Position numbers and translations under genes: made by a program
DNA from: Eledone cirrhosa
Taxonomy: Eukaryota
Direction of reading: 5' to 3'
DNA: 64,000 nucleotides
Assembly: GCA_964016885.1 (NCBI GenBank)
Contig: OZ024743.1
Span: 5,270,001-5,334,000 of the forward strand
Part shown: piece after piece, positions 40,700 to 57,699 of the stretch
Position numbering within the stretch: position 1 is the first letter of the stretch
Layout: every line of letters starts with the position of its first letter
Notes under the pieces: generated by a model
The model's input: the letters and a program-made list of their open reading frames with translations, nothing else
Databases searched by the model: none
What the model was told of the DNA's origin: nothing

Positions 40700-40880
40700 T
40701 TTTTTTACAGAGGAAGAATCGACCCCAGTATTGGACTGGTACTTTTTTTTTATCAACCTCGAAAGGATGAAAGGCCATGTTGACCACGGTGGGATTTGAA
40801 CTCAGAGCATGCAATGAGATGGGACCAATAACGTAAAGCATTCTATCCGACGTCTTAACGACTCTGCCAATTCGTCGCCT
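40700..40880 (-). mobile_element. Diverged SINE A-related copy
   Basis: ATCAACCTCGAAAGGATGAAAGGC...GGATTTGAACTCAG. Confidence 0.7.
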
Positions 40881-41959
40881 GTTTAATCATACTGGCCCTT
40901 TAAATTACGGGTGCAGTCCAACCAATGGGCTTCCAAACAGTTTACGTTTACCTAAGTTCACTCACAAGATCGATCGGAGACTATGATAAATGACATTTAC
41001 CCATTATTCCACACAGTGTGATCAAACCCAGGACTTTATGAAGTTCCTTAACTATCTGGCTATGTTGTCTCCACAGCCGACTGCAATACTTAAATAATTC
41101 CCCTGTAATGTAGTATAATGTCAAGTGTGATTCCACCTATTATAGTATGATTATAGTCAACTTCCTGTAGATAAATATTTGTGTTAATAGTAGAATACTG
41201 CTTAAACCAGCCTCATAACATATTAAACCATGCAAAGTGGTTATTGTTTAGAAGAAGAAGAAGAAGAAGAAGAAGAAGAAGAAGAAGAAGAAGAAGAAGA
41301 AGAAGAAGAAGAAGAAGAAGAAGAAGAAGAAGCATTAAAGCAAACACGTTAGTTATAGATTTACAGTTGCTTTTGTTTCTCTTTGAACTGTTCAATGGTC
41401 AAATGTCTTGGTTTTTCTATATTCCATTCCTGTTATAATTTCATATGATTTTTCAGTCAAGCCAAAATTTCCCTTTTTCTCCATATGTGACGTCATCATT
41501 ATCTCCCTTTAATTTCAATAAAGATGGTGTCACAAGCTGCTGCTCGCAATAAATCATCACAGAAATTTAGCTTCCGTAGCTAAAATTATATGGCATACTT
41601 CAAATTTTGACATTCAATTTTGCCTACAGAAACTTTTGTATTACTTATTTGAAAGTAAAATAAAAGTAGGATAGATAGATATTTACAGCTGAAACGGAGA
41701 AGGAGAGAATGGCTTATTGAGACAAGAACGATTGACGTATAAGAGTATATTTTTAGATTGAATGAACACAACGAACATTTACAGTTGCTGTTTACGAGCG
41801 TTGTGTTCATTTAAAGGGATTTCCCTCCGACATTCTGCAGTAGAGACTCGTCTTTTGTTTTAAGATCATTTATAAATAATATGGCAATTACTTGACAAAT
41901 ACAATAAATCGTTCCTCGACACAAACATAACCAGAAAAACAGACACACAGCTACACTCA

Positions 41960-44945
<2,986 letters not shown>

Positions 44946-47311
44946 GTTTATATAAACTGGAAACTGAAAATCAGCGTACGAACACATATTTACACCATAT
45001 TTGTTATGCGTTTCTGGTACGCGTTAAATTCTCTTAGATTCTCATCTGAATTCAGAAATGGTTTATACTTGGCCATCCTTGCTAAAATCTCGTGTTATAT
45101 TTTCAATGCAAGAACCTGAAATTAATTTACTTGAATATATATCACTTATCACCTAAAATGCTGTGCTAAAAGTAAAGAGAAAATAAAGATTTAATAAGCA
45201 GTGTTCTTTTGGTGGATTTATTACACTCGGATCCCCTTTACTGTATTCTATTGCGCCTACCTATCTTCTCCTTTTAATATAGGAAGCTTAAAATCACTTG
45301 ATTAATTCAAAGTACTCTAAACTTCGCTCTTTACCATCCCATTATCTGCTATTCCATTATTGAGTGATAGAAATATAAAAATATATTGAAGCGAAAACCA
45401 AACCAAACAGTGAGTGTGTTTTACTATATTTTTCAGGCCATACAACATGACCCTCCCCAAATATAACAATATCTGTTTCAACACACGAGTTTTTTTGTTT
45501 TTTTTAACTTGAAATATTGACTCATCAATTTCTAACGTGCTAGATTTTAATTATAATGACTCATATGTGTGTTAAGCTTGAACCTAACCTTCATTTAAAG
45601 ACGTTGTTGTTAAAAGTAAATCTCCACTGTATAACAACAATAATTTCATATTAACAGCAAGAAAACTATTTTTCAAATATCTTATTTGCTTTCGGTTTGT
45701 AATTAAAATATATCTAGAGAGATAGAACTTTTTTTTTTTAGTTGGTGTTATTTCGGCACCCACTGAGTATCATAGATAAATAAATTAAAGACTGATACGG
45801 CACTGATGCTAAATTGTTTTATATGAGAAACGTAAATCGAAATAACTCACTAAATAATCAATGATAATAGACATTTCAAAATAAACCTAGGGCCACAAAG
45901 TTGAAGAGAGGGTGATAGTCGATTATATTGACTCTAGTACTTGAATGGCACTATATCTTATCAACTCCAGAAGGATGAAAAGCAAAGTTGACATCGGTGT
46001 TATTTGAAATGGGGGAGCAGAGATCTGAAACAAATCTCGCAATATATGCAATGTTCTAACAACTCTGCCAATTCTCCGCCTTAATAATAACAATTATTCA
46101 CAAAAGTCCAATACGGTTAGGCTAGATATAAAACAGTAATAATTAGAAGTTTAATGTAAGAATACCTTCAATTTGTTTACAATAATTCCGCAAGTTTATT
46201 CACAGTGGCTTGCCTCAAAAAATTCTGATAACCCTTGTGGTATGTGACCGATTGACACACTTAGTGGTGAATTGATGTTTTTTTCTTTTTTCTTTTTCTC
46301 GCTTTGATTATATATTTTTGTATATTATATTTATAAGGTTCCTAGCAATAACTAATTGTATTTATTATTTGTGTTTATATTTTCATTCTGTAAGGATTAT
46401 AAATAATTTGTAATGTAATTACAGTTGAAAGTTAAATTTGTAACAGAGAGATAAACGTTTGTTTGATTTTGTTTATATTTAGTGAGACTGAAAGTGTAAT
46501 AATTCAATTAATTAACAATAATAATTAGAATTTCTAAATTCGTAGTTTTATATAACTGAAGCAATCATGCTGTCAAAAGTGAGAATATATTTTATAGCAG
46601 CCATATTAACTAAGATTTTCTTTTAAGTGTTGCTCCCAATACAGTCATTATATGTATAATTAAGGAATCCCTCTCATATCCAAGTGATTCTGGGTTCGAT
46701 CTGAGGGCAAGTGTCTTTTACCAAAATCCCGAGTTAAGATTAAAGGAATGTTGATGATTTGTGAGTGAAATTTGATAAAGAGAATAAAAAATATCGTTTG
46801 CCTTACTATTTTGGTCTGTGTTATTGACAGATGTATTTTGTTAATAAAATATATTCTTCTCACTGTCAAATATCATCGGTATTTTTGTTTTTAAATCGCC
46901 TGTTATGACATTGTTCCTATTGCCAAATGTATATTGTGTTAACAAATAAGCTATTTGTTTATTAACTGGCCTTTTACACCGAAAGAACTATCCACTACGT
47001 TGGTGAAAGACAAGCAGAAACAATAAATGTTAATAGAGTTATCGCCCTTACATAGTTAACGTTAAAAAAAAGCAATGATAAAAGAATTAGATAATTTTTT
47101 CATTTTTTATAACAGATAATCTTGTCTTTTAATGTTTTAAGCGTTAAATATATCTTCATTAATATAACTGATTATTGAAACTACTTGAACATTCACACAC
47201 ACACACACGCATACATATCCAGGGAGTGTAACATGAGATGATCGGTGGCGAAACGCGCGTCACGAACCAATAAACGTAATGAAGGAATAACCACTCTCCT
47301 TGTTTTATTTT

Positions 47312-47380
47312 GTCGATAAAATAAAGTACCAGTAATGCACTGGGTAATTGCTGGCCTTGTGCCTAAAGTAGAAACAATTA
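47312..47380 (+). mobile_element. SINE A 3' fragment
   Basis: Matches other copies. Confidence 0.85.
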
Positions 47381-48216
47381 TATGCAATAATAACATTAGC
47401 TTGCATCGGAAAACTCCGTGTACCTAGGAACGTATATGCCAGTTTGCCATGTAGAGTCCACGGTGATGTCATGGCATAGCTGCAGTCTAAATCAATATAT
47501 CTATATCCTATGCGGTGAGATATAAAGTGCTTTCAATTGTTATATTGCCTAAGTGTCAGATAATCACCCAACGGTGATAACTATTCCTATCTTTCATATA
47601 TCTGTTTTAGCAATCTTTTCCAACAGTGTTCTGCATCAGAAGCTATATCTTTAACCCTCGGTTGACAAACAGAAGTTATTTTCATTGTATTCAAATCATC
47701 ATGTTCAGTGGAGACTGGTTATGTCGTCGTGTGCCTGATGATTTCAGACTCAATAAAGTATTATTATTGTTGTTGCTGCTGTTGCTGTTGTCGATATGAA
47801 ACAGTTAATAACTTATTTTGACAAAGATAACAACTGTAATATACGTATATTTATACAAACACACGCATGCATATATATACTTATATACATAAATATATAT
47901 ACGCATGCATATATTATTTATATATATATATATATATGAGTGTGTGTATGCGTGTGATTAAGTTATGTCACATAGAAATGACATTTGTAGGGCTAGAGCG
48001 CCTTCATTCGTCTGCAATCATCAAAAGTAGTTATACTTTTGTAGAATTCATTCTATATGAAATAAATTATGAATTTTCTCTTCTTAATGTATTGACTACC
48101 TAATTTAATTGTGGCCTTTTTCCGTTCTTCTTCAGAATACCATTCTTAATCATTATATATGTGTTTTTCCAATTCCAACCCACCCATCCCTTCAATCTAT
48201 CTTATTTCTCATTCTT

Positions 48217-48342
48217 TCTTCTAATGAAGGACTAGCGTCCGAAGCGTTAAGACCCTCTTCCTGCTATATCAAGCGTTAACCTAATATATTTCTTCCATAT
48301 ACTGTACCCATTGTGTTGTTATTTCTGTTTGCCTTTTACATA
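48217..48342 (+). mobile_element. PLE-type end (family E) with mutated hammerhead
   Basis: tctt-CTAATGA-A-ggac-tagc-gtcc-GAAGC-GTT-aaga; downstream tail shared with 35724-35820 and 723-800. Confidence 0.7.
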
Positions 48343-48347
48343 CACAC

Positions 48348-48397
<50 letters not shown>

Positions 48398-49822
48398 TTT
48401 TTCACTTAAATACAACCACTATCTTATCTCTCCAAGCCCAATTACAATAGTCCATGTTCCTCGGAACCAGCTACCAATATATGTACCACCTCGGTCCGAA
48501 GTAATTTCTATTGTGTCTTACTTCTCAGTGCCACAATAATATTGAAGTAATTCCCAGTCCTTCTCCAGAACTGTAGCTACATGAAACATCCCTGGCCCTA
48601 CATGAAGTTCTTTCTATACAAGATACAGTGTGTAATTGACCTCAGCTAGCTGGGAGAATCGACCAAACCAATAAACACTCCCTTTTCCCCAGATAGATCA
48701 TACAAAGATAACATCAATTTTCATTACATAATAATAATTCCTAATATAGACAGGTACTTGGTGGGCGGAACAGTGAATATTATCGATCCCCACTAATTGA
48801 CTGGTACTCAATGGATGAAAGGATAAATTGAACTCAGAATGTAAAGAGCTAGAGCAAATACTCCATGGCATCTTATCCGATGCTCTCACGATTCTTCAAA
48901 TCTACCACAAACTTTATGGAATATAATTTTATCTTTTTGATCTCTGTGAGCTTATATTTGACCGAGAATGGAATTTATTAATTTCATTAATAAAATCTAT
49001 TACAAACGTATAGATATATTTTTTAGTGAAATTTATTCTAAATTTGTGGAATTTGGCGAAATAGATTGCTTTTAACACACAAAAATATATATTATTGTGC
49101 ACACAAGTGAGTGGATGTTTTTTTTACATTCTTACGTTTTTATTGCTTGTTATTATTGGCGTTGTTGATGTTGTTATTATTGGTTTTGTTATTGATAGTG
49201 GAATTTTGTTGTGTTTTTTATGCTTCATATTTCTCACTTGAGTGTATTTAAGTATAAGACACTAGTGAAGCGAATTGAATTCGTTTTTATCAGTAAGAAT
49301 GAAACGAAAAAAAAAAAAAGAAGAAAAAAAAGACAGAAAAAGAGAACGAAAGATATAAAGAAAGTTTTTAGATGATCAGAGGAGGCGGCGGCGGCGGCGG
49401 CATTCGTGGTGAAATCCATCAGAAAAAATCCATAGGTCTTAATTTCTCCTTCAACAAGTTGTTGGTGCTGTTTCTAATTTGTTTGTTTGTTTGTTTGTTT
49501 GTATTGTTATAATTATTGTCTCCCCTTTAAAAAAACAACAGGCGAATCAACCTAAAATTGAAAAAGAAACGGTGTCTGACAACAACAGTAGTTCGGTAGC
49601 TAAATGTACTCCTTCTGACCTTGGAAAGACGAACGAAAAAAAAAATAATTAATTAATATAAACCATTTGGTACCTTGTTGGTCTGAAGGAGTTATGGACT
49701 AATCCTTGCAGTAGCAATAGTGAATGTTTGTATACAACCAATTCCTTTGCTTTGTGTCCATTAGACTGTTGTCAACTTCCGTTGTAGGCGGCAGTATCAT
49801 AACTCTTTCACAGTCTCGTTTC

Positions 49823-50179
49823 TCACATGGAGTTGAGCTGTCGAATAACTTGAAACATAAAAGTTGCTATGAAAATAGATACTATGAAAATCACGGGATT
49901 GATCTTTATGCACAAGGCACAGAACGTAAAGGAGGTTAATAAAAAAATTGAAGTTAACTCTCCACCTCCGATATTGTACGGTAGGTGGTGACCTGGGTCT
50001 CCTTCGACTTTTACCATTTCCACCCGATTGACATCGTCTGTTGTTGTTGAATTTGCTGAGTCTGTCGTTCGGGGAACTCTTGGTGGCTCTGTTAAAGTCG
50101 ACAGCTGATTATCTCTTCCAACATTTGAATGACACTCTGGAAAGGATGCACTGTCCGAAGGTCTATTTACAGGGGGTCG

Positions 50180-50214
<35 letters not shown>

Positions 50215-50655
50215 TGCTATTATTATTGTTATTATTATTATTATTATTATTGTTATTATTTCCACAGGCAGCACCACTGTTATTAACAGTGTTGCTGTTA
50301 CTACTGTTATTGTTATTGCTGTAGTTAGAGTTGTTATTGGTGATTGACATTGTCCTTTCGTGTGTATCTGGTTCAGTTAAAAACAACGAAATGCTTGAAG
50401 CGAATGAAACTGGTGGCTGGTTGTTCATTTTTAGTGGCACCGAAGATTGATTAAAATTTCTGCTTGTTCGAGATGTTTCCGAGTCGGACGATTCTTTCGT
50501 GGAATCGAACTTGTTTGACCTTGAAAGAAAAGATCTTGGTTGTGACGACGCCTGGGTTATCTCTTGGCTAGTGTGCTCAGTAAAAACATCATCATCATCA
50601 CTGACACCGCAGGGGGAGATGCGGTGGCAACTGGAATCAACTGTAGATTCGTTTT
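49823..50655 (-). CDS. Probable terminal exon of an unidentified host protein (S/N-rich disordered region, hydrophobic C-terminal segments)
   Basis: 833-nt open frame with in-frame triplet repeats; strong acceptor (cttttctttttttccatccag) at 50656; phase matches the 52796 donor. Confidence 0.75.
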
Positions 50656-50973
50656 CTGGATGGAAAAAAAGAAAAGGAAGATTAAACATAAGAGAAAGAA
50701 TCACAATATTTTACATTCAAACAGTTTTGAAATTAAAACACAGGCTCCCCTATTTTTCGTGCTTATATTTTTCTTCACTATATTTAGTTTGGAATAAATT
50801 AATTTTCATTCATATGGTTAGTTGAAAATTAATATTTTTCCCGCCAACAGAAATTCATGAATCAACTGTTATTGTTGTTCGACATTGTCCTTTCGTGTGC
50901 TTGGTTAGAAACAATGAAGAAAAGATATTGAAATATGTATATATGTATTGAAAAAAATACAAGAGCATTACTT

Positions 50974-51046
<73 letters not shown>

Positions 51047-51076
51047 TTACATAATAAGTAACACAATATAATTATT

Positions 51077-51135
51077 CCATTACCGAAGGTTTCGAGATGA
51101 TTCTTACAGAAACGTCTAGCTCGGTCGTCAGACAA
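51077..51135 (-). ncRNA. Hammerhead-like motif with weak stem I
   Basis: ttgt-CTGACGA-ccgag...ctc-GAAACC-ttc-GGTA-atgg; lies within an imperfect inverted repeat of about 51048-51202. Confidence 0.5.
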
Positions 51136-51285
51136 AACAATTATGTTTTGAATATAAATTTTGAAAAATTGAAATAATTATATTGTGTTGTTTATTATGT
51201 AATTAAATAGCTCTGTACTATACATAGAGCACTCTTGTCTCCTTTACCTTTTCTACAGAAATACTTAACATATATATATATATAT

Positions 51286-51514
51286 ATATGTTATGTAATA
51301 AACAACATAAGGCAATTATTCCATTTACCAGTGGTTTCTTAAAAGCAAAAGATTTTGCTTTCAATCCTCAGAATGAAAAAATCCTGGTCTGTTTATTAAT
51401 TCAATAAACAGACCAGGATTTTTTCATTCTGAGGATTGAAAGCAAAATCTTTTGCTTTTAAGAAACCACTGGTAAATGGAATAATTGCCTTATGTTGTTT
51501 ATTACATAACATAT
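51286..51514. repeat. Perfect palindrome (112-bp arms, 5-nt loop) with an HHR in each arm
   Basis: 51286-51397 vs 51403-51514. Confidence 0.95.
51423..51480 (+). ncRNA. Type I hammerhead (mirror copy at 51320-51377, -)
   Basis: ttcatt-CTGAGGA-Ttgaaagcaaaa-tc-ttttgcttttaA-GAAACC-act-GGTA-aatgga. Confidence 0.85.
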
Positions 51515-51574
51515 TAAGCTCTGTTACCTACATAGAGCACTCTTTTTTCCTGGACTTTTCCGACGGAATTACTT

Positions 51575-51606
<32 letters not shown>

Positions 51607-52175
51607 GTTTGATATGTGACGACCATATATAACAATGTTACACGATATTATATATGTATGTATACATGTATATATGTATGTATACATGTATATATGTATA
51701 CTTGGGTGGGGAGGTGATATTTTATTGGAAGCTGAAACTTCACAAATTGCTACTCAGTTTCTCGTTTCCGATGTTAGCCTGATAGTGAAAAAAATGTAGA
51801 ACAGTGGCAAAATATTTTAAGATAAACATCAGAGATATTCTGAAGTCAGAGATAATTTCGGTTAGAGGAAACTGGCCCTAGGAAGTTGACACGAAATTAT
51901 CTTACTAGATAATTATAAAACGTTACGAAAAGTACATATAGATGGTGTCGGAAGAGGAGGAGGACGAACCAGAGAAAACGACCAGAAGAGGCAAAATGGA
52001 CGAAGTAGAAGAAAGGGAAAAGAAAAAAGACAGACAGACAAACAGACAGACTGGGAGTAGCGAGAACGAGCGGAATAAGTAAATATAGGAAGAAAAACGT
52101 TAACGAGCCTGAGTGATAAACCGTAAAACATTGTGAGAAAGATGTATTCTTATAGCGTGCAAACGTAAAATACGA

Positions 52176-52228
<53 letters not shown>

Positions 52229-52795
52229 AATAGCATAGTAAGATATGCGTGCGTAAGTGAAGACATTGAAAAACAAGGAATTATACGAACGTTTTGGAAG
52301 TCGAATAAAATTATTTTCAAAATGTTTTAAATTTTATGAAAAGAAAAAAAAAAGAAAAAAAAATACCGTCATATTGAAACCGGTAAATTATAAATAATCG
52401 ATAATTGGTCAATAGAAATTGTGATTAAGATCCAATATTTCAGCAGGACAATTCAATAAACTTCAGCCATTTAGTGTTAAAAATTTTACAGTATGTATTT
52501 CGAAGCGTGTCTACAATTAATTAGCAATTCGGATTTTTTTGTTCAATGCGTGTGATTCCTGGAAGAACGTGAAGAGTTTCTCATTCAAGCACAAAGCACG
52601 CTTCATGCATTCTTAGTTTTGAATGGGTTCTAGTGTACTACACACTTTGTATTTAAAAGAAGCTGGACAGGATTCCATTAAAATCCAAATATACCTAGAT
52701 GAACTTGCAGAATTTGTTTTCCCCTTTTCTTCTTTTTTTTTGTGCTCAACGAAAGGAATTCTTGTGTTGATAAAGATGCATCTGGAATTACTTAC

Positions 52796-52883
52796 CTTTC
52801 TGTTCATCTCGTTTTAAACGCAGAAAGGTAGACAGTTTGTACTCTCGTACTCTTCTATTAGCCAGATTGTTTCTGCTAAGTGT
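52796..52883 (-). CDS. Internal exon of the same host gene (TLSRNNLANRRVREYKLSTFLRLKRDEQK)
   Basis: Consensus donor AAG|GTAAGT; G+AA joins in frame to ENEST of the next exon; acceptor ambiguous. Confidence 0.65.
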
Positions 52884-53442
52884 CTAGGGCCCATACAATT
52901 ACAAGTGAAACATGAGTGTTAATATCGAAGACTCTTTTTGCATTGTGGAGCTTATTGTGGCAAAAAAACAACGATCTTATAACAAGTATAACTAACATTA
53001 AGTGTGCCTCAGTTCCAGATAGATCTTACTATATATGTATGTCTGGCTGGGAATTGAAAAAAAAAATAAAAGAATAAATTACGTATGGTCTACATTTAAA
53101 CTGAAATTTTGAGTAAACCATAAGATTTTTCTGGGTTTTGTTTTGATGTCATGAGACATTGAAAGGGGTTATATATTGGATTCTATACCAAACACCACAA
53201 CTGAGAAGTCTATGAGGAATCGAACCCTGCATCTTTGGGATACCGGTAAAGTGCATTACGTTAAAGAGCCACTGAGCACCAATTTCATTTTAAGAACTTT
53301 AAAGCGTGAAGCTAGAAGTGTAAATAAAGCGGTTGACTTTACAAGCATTAGGAACATTTGGGGACATTTTACCCAATTTTTTCAACTATTTTTTGTCTTG
53401 TTCGACAATTGTTATGATGGTTGGCGTTGAGACGAGCGCGCG

Positions 53443-53606
<164 letters not shown>

Positions 53607-53616
53607 ATATATATCT

Positions 53617-53848
<232 letters not shown>

Positions 53849-53856
53849 TTATATAC

Positions 53857-53888
<32 letters not shown>

Positions 53889-53889
53889 C

Positions 53890-54105
53890 ATCAGATTTTT
53901 CGAGCAAAACCAACCGACAGGAGACCCAGGGGTAGACCCAGGGATTGACCCCGAGCAAGATGGTTGGATAACATCCATGAGCTCGGCTGATCTCGTTTGG
54001 GGATCTAGCTGGATTAGTTGGAGACGGTTGCTTCTGACAGGACCCGCTGGAAGGAGTCTTTGAGGACTCCGCCTCCACGACCCTCTCAGGAAGAAGAAGA
54101 TGATG
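53890..54105 (+). mobile_element. RTE LINE 3' fragment
   Basis: Homologous to 3378-3612 and 18265-18650. Confidence 0.8.
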
Positions 54106-54916
54106 TTCCATTTCTTCCAAACTACATCACATATGAGTGTGTAGAACATCCATCGGTTCCAACGACCAGTGTTCCAGTTGATTCGACATTTCGCCTCGAC
54201 ATTTCTTTCCACTATGTCCGACATGAGAATCCTCTTTTGAAACTACCTGTTTAGTAAGCTTGTTTGTGTTCACTCAATTTGTCATAAACAACAGTCAGAT
54301 ATCCTTTATATCCCACAGCACCGTCTTAAAAAGGGAAGAGCATATTAAGTAATGTAGTTCTAGTTAGCCAAAAGAAAGACGCGACAATCATGACTGGAAT
54401 AGCTGTGATCATGTGTCAATGACCATGGTTGATAACAGTTTGGATTGAAATCTGACATCACACTATACGTTGAAAGCCATTTCCTCGGTAACACACTAAT
54501 TTAACTAAGGTGTACTTCAAGGTTTGGTCATTTTTCTAATCATCTTGCTTCATCACATAAACAATACATTAAAAAAAACTCATTTATACACACTCCTATT
54601 CAAAAAATACCATTCTACATTTCACTTTCCTTTTTCGTTCACTTACCTCAACAATACGCAATCCCAACAAACAAGCACATTCTACATAAACTGCTCGTTA
54701 ACACACTACTTGAAGATTAAAACTTTGTTAGGTACTCAGCGACCTATTAATGAAGGAAGATGCCTTTCATTCATTCTTTCATCTGAGGATACTGTTTACC
54801 GAGGACAACGTATGAACCAGTAACGGAGATTGGAATTGTCTGCGTTTCGGTTCGTATATTGTCGTCCTAACTTCTTGAAATGTTGTAACTCTGACATGCG
54901 GAAGATGTTCAACGGA

Positions 54917-55272
54917 AAGTAAAATAGGGCCACTCTCTACAATAGGGGAAGTAAAATAGGGCCACTCTCTACAATAGGGGAAGTAAAATAGAACCACTCT
55001 CTACAATAGGGAAAAGTAAAATAGAACCACTCTCTACAATAGGGGAAGTAAAATAGAACCACTCTCTACAATAGGGGAAGTAAAATAGAACCACTCTCTA
55101 CAATAGGGGAAGTAAAATAGAACCACTCTCTACAATAGGGGAAGTAAAATAGAACCACTCTCTACAATAGGGGAAGTAAAATAGAACCACTCTCTACAAT
55201 AGGGGAAGTAAAATAGAACCACTCTCTACAATAGGGGAAGTAAAATAGAACCACTCTCTACAATAGGGGAAG
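54917..55272. repeat. 32-bp minisatellite x11
   Basis: Unit AAGTAAAATAGAACCACTCTCTACAATAGGGG, head-to-tail with no spacers. Confidence 0.95.
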
Positions 55273-56464
55273 ACAGTGACTGCTGTGACAGTAAATAGGT
55301 TACTCACGATACAGTAGCAGAAAACAGTTACTCTGGATTAAATTTTCATCTGGGGCTATCATTTTGCAGAAGTGAAACATGTATAGTACTGGGTTAATGG
55401 CCTAACAATCTTGAGTTCGAATTTACGACAGGTGTTTCGCTGTGTACGTTTTCTGAGATATACTGACAGCATATACAGAAGACTTATTTTTCATCTGATT
55501 TACACCACAAAACCAGAGATAAGCACCAGTTCTGAACATTTACATTCATTTTTACGATGATTTCATCTGATAAAAAGCATAATATCTGAAAAGTTGATTT
55601 CAAGGATAAATATAGATCTCTGGATTATTCATGTCCAGCTATATTACTTATAGCTATAGTGATAGTTTTCAAATATTTATTTGTAATTGTGTGCTCTGGT
55701 TCGTTGCCGATTTAGACTCTCTTAAATGGGATAGATGGGGAAAAACTGAATGATGTTAGTGTGAATCATATTTGATCTGAATTGTTGAAGGATAATAAGG
55801 AGTAAAAGGTGTGCAAGGAGGATGTTTCAAAAATAAGTTGTAAAGTAGAATGTTGGCACCATGTTTAGTACGGAGTCAGAGAGGAATAAAATATAGTAGT
55901 GGTCGCGGGAGGAGGCGGAGACGTGTAGGTATGGAGTGAGTTTCGAGATTCAAGTGATGTATAGACTTGATGAGAGCAAAAAGACCAATGCAGTATTAAT
56001 AGTGTGGTAGAAGAGAAATGGTGAGATCACAGCTTAATGGTGTACCAGAAGAAGTTGAAAAGTATACAAATGGTCAGTGGCTACTTTCTTTTCTGGCATT
56101 GTATTTACTGATTTTACTGTTATTGAATTCTAAGATTATGTGGACACATTTTCTCGGTTTACCAATATAGGTAAACATGTATTTCCATGAATCCGATATA
56201 AATGTAAACATACATCTCGGAATATATTTTGTTGTGTTACAGTAGCTAAGCTTAAATGCTTTCGTTATGGAGGCTGATTTCCACGTTAGTACATATATTT
56301 GTTCTTAGATATACAGAATGATATAAAGTCTGCTGTGTCCACTAGTTAGTAGCTGGTAGTCATAACATCTTGTGTAGATGCACATCCATCTATATATGCA
56401 CATACGGTCACAGAGACTCATCAGATCAGACCATCGCTAAGCGATGGAGAGTACAAGACTTTCC

Positions 56465-56580
56465 ACTGAACGGGACACCAGTCCGTTACAAGTTTAACCC
56501 TCACCTGCTGCTGGTACACATATTTTCAACTGAGTGAACTGACTAAAGCGGAAGGAAGTGCCTTGCTCAAGAACACAATG
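56465..56580 (-). mobile_element. SINE fragment (V/CORE-like)
   Basis: GGGACACCAGTCCGT...CTGAGTGAACTG...GTGCCTTGCTCAAGAACAC. Confidence 0.5.
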
Positions 56581-57286
56581 AACCACCCCTCTAATAACTA
56601 AACCACGCACATTTACACGTAAATAAATATACATGTGCATAAATATTTTGAGTATTTAACATACATTATAAAGACTTGAAATGTATGTCTTCAAAAGAGT
56701 ATTGAACAAACAGCCGAGTGTTTCAAGATTTCTGCCATGTTACCGGTAAGTTTTATATCCATTATATCATATGGTCTAATCTGAATCAGATATACCAGAA
56801 TAACAACAAATTCCGTAAACAGCCACATCATTCAAATATTGATAACTCAGTTTGAAGCTCTGAGTTTAATTTCTTCTCTGATTCTAGAAGCCGCTCCTTT
56901 ACTTAACTTTAAGCTAGAATCTCAAAATTTCACTCCGTTATGCTATTGAATCTAATTATGAGCGGTTTGTATGGGCTGATGTGCAACACATCATTCCACA
57001 TTAAACTATCCACGCACCAAATAGACGTCATCCCTTATCTACGGGGAATCATATGGACGTTATACACATACTATATATATATATAATAATAGGTATAAAT
57101 TGCAATATAGTAGATACCAATCGAATTGTTTGAGGCAGTTACAGAGCACCCAATGGTGCGAAAATTTAATACATTTTCGTCCAGAATAAACACAAAGTTA
57201 AGAGTAAGTGTGACACCAAGAAAAGTGACCAAATGCTTATGGCCATACTTATACTACAACAAGATAAATACAAAAAGGTCGAAGAC

Positions 57287-57360
<74 letters not shown>

Positions 57361-57407
57361 GATATGGTATCTTTATTTATTCGGTGTCACGCTAAGGAGA
57401 TGTAGAA

Positions 57408-57699
57408 CATGCATGGGCAACCTTTTTCGAGAAGTGGGCCTCATGAGATATGGCTCATCATCAGGTGTGCCGCAAGCGCTAATTTACATTCGTGCCCACA
57501 TTAAAAAAAAAGGGCGGTAACTCAGATTGTTTTGATTTGTTTCTTCAAAATTCGTACACGTTGTTTTCCTAGATCGTAAAATTGCTAGAAAGATAAATTA
57601 GGACTGAAAAGTTGGAGTAAAAAAATCAGAAAGATTTCACTTAGGTGACTTAGGAGAGCCATTCAGAAAGCTTAGCGAGCCGCAGGTTGCCCATGACTG
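57408..57699. mobile_element. hAT-Charlie-like MITE
   Basis: TIR CATGCATGGGCAACCT / GGTTGCCCATGACTG; 8-bp TSD ATGTAGAA / GTGTAGAA. Confidence 0.8.

Noticed and set aside
47231-47265. GAGATGA...GAAAC-gcgc-GTC as a hammerhead
   Set aside because: Core mutated and stem I does not pair; at most a dead remnant.
54105-54250. [12 protein letters not shown]... as a host exon
   Set aside because: No convincing splice sites; adjacent to an RTE fragment and probably TE-derived.
54783-54880. CTGAGGA...hairpin...GAAATgttGTA as a hammerhead
   Set aside because: No stem I pairing found.
54917-55272. 32-bp repeats as a CRISPR array
   Set aside because: Units are contiguous with no unique spacers, there are no cas genes, and the context is eukaryotic.
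55800-56300. Possible decayed LINE or PLE coding remnant on the minus strand
   Set aside because: Only scattered short motif resemblances (KLSYC, YIG); cannot be supported without a profile search.
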